Assembly: GCA_013265495.1 (NCBI GenBank)
Contig: MU058781.1
Coordinates: forward strand, 5,335,050 to 5,399,049
Direction of reading: 5' to 3'
Source of the DNA: Vicugna vicugna
Lineage: Eukaryota
DNA length: 64,000 nt
Made by a program: the position numbers and the translations under genes. Below are positions 63,344 through 64,000 of the stretch, one piece after another; the stretch's first letter is position 1; each line of letters starts with the position of its first letter. The notes beneath the pieces were generated by a model. The model did not search any database and was not told the origin of the DNA. It saw nothing but the letters and a program-made list of their open reading frames with translations.

Positions 63344-64000
63344 ATCAGCATCTCAGTATTTTTTCATATCTCCTCAAATTATTTTAACATGCAGAAGTGT
63401 TAAGAATTACTGACCTGCATGATAGAATGTAAACTCCTTTGGTATTCAAAATCATCCAGAATCTGGTCCTCACATACATCTCAAATCTTATCTCAGTGAC
63501 CCTGCATGTACCTCACAGAGTCCCACGTCTGAGCTATGGGTCCTGAGCATACACTCCTGGGAAGACTCCCTTCTCCCGTCTGCTTGTCTGCCTCCTCTCC
63601 AAGTCCTTCACCAAAACCCAATGCCACTCAGAGCCTGCAGCCTCCTGCGACCTCCCCTTTTGACTATTTATTTCTATTGTTTCCTAAAAATACGCTTTCT
63701 CAAATACAACTTTATGATAAGTCATGATGGTGGCTTGTGTGATGATTGATTCGTCGTCTTATTTACTTTAGCCTATTTGTATGATTCTTATACCCAACTC
63801 AATTCTTGAACATTCTCTCAGGTCAGTGAATAGTTGTTGAATTAAAAGAATGAATAAACACAATGACAACAATAATTGCAATACTTTTTACAAAAAATTC
63901 CTTAGATCAACTGTGGTTAGGGAGAGTATGAAGGAAGAGTTAACAGAGCAGGTCTGGTTGCTTAGTTCTGCTGTCTCCAGAAGAATCTGGAACCATGACT

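Noticed and set aside
1..64000. CRISPR arrays, operons, rRNA/tRNA genes or prokaryotic defence systems
   Set aside because: The sequence is mammalian. I saw no regularly spaced repeats and no recognisable structural RNA genes.

Overview
Eutherian mammalian genomic DNA, repeat-rich, with no intact protein-coding gene that I can recognise. The only ORFs with recognisable protein similarity come from LINE-1 (L1). The host is probably a camelid-like cetartiodactyl. This is an inference from the young L1 3' ends and from seeing no Alu, B1, Bov-A/tA, PRE1 or Can SINEs. Much of the window is transposon-derived: five copies of one young L1 family with target-site duplications (TSDs), older L1M fragments, ERVL/MaLR solo LTRs (MLT1, MLT2, LTR16, LTR40, LTR41-like), MIR, L2 and hAT MITEs (MER5, MER58, MER94). 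Highlights: (1) a TSD-flanked 3-kb L1 with 5'UTR and ORF1 but almost no ORF2 (half-L1-like); (2) an L1 3' transduction; (3) two L1s inserted serially at one target, leaving it in three copies; (4) tail-less orphan L1 and ERVL fragments; (5) minus-strand exon-like segments at about 46-62.7 kb with splice signals and sparse TAG/TGA stops, possibly a decayed unitary pseudogene I could not name. Repeat family names come from recalled consensus motifs, not a database search, and boundaries without a TSD are approximate.
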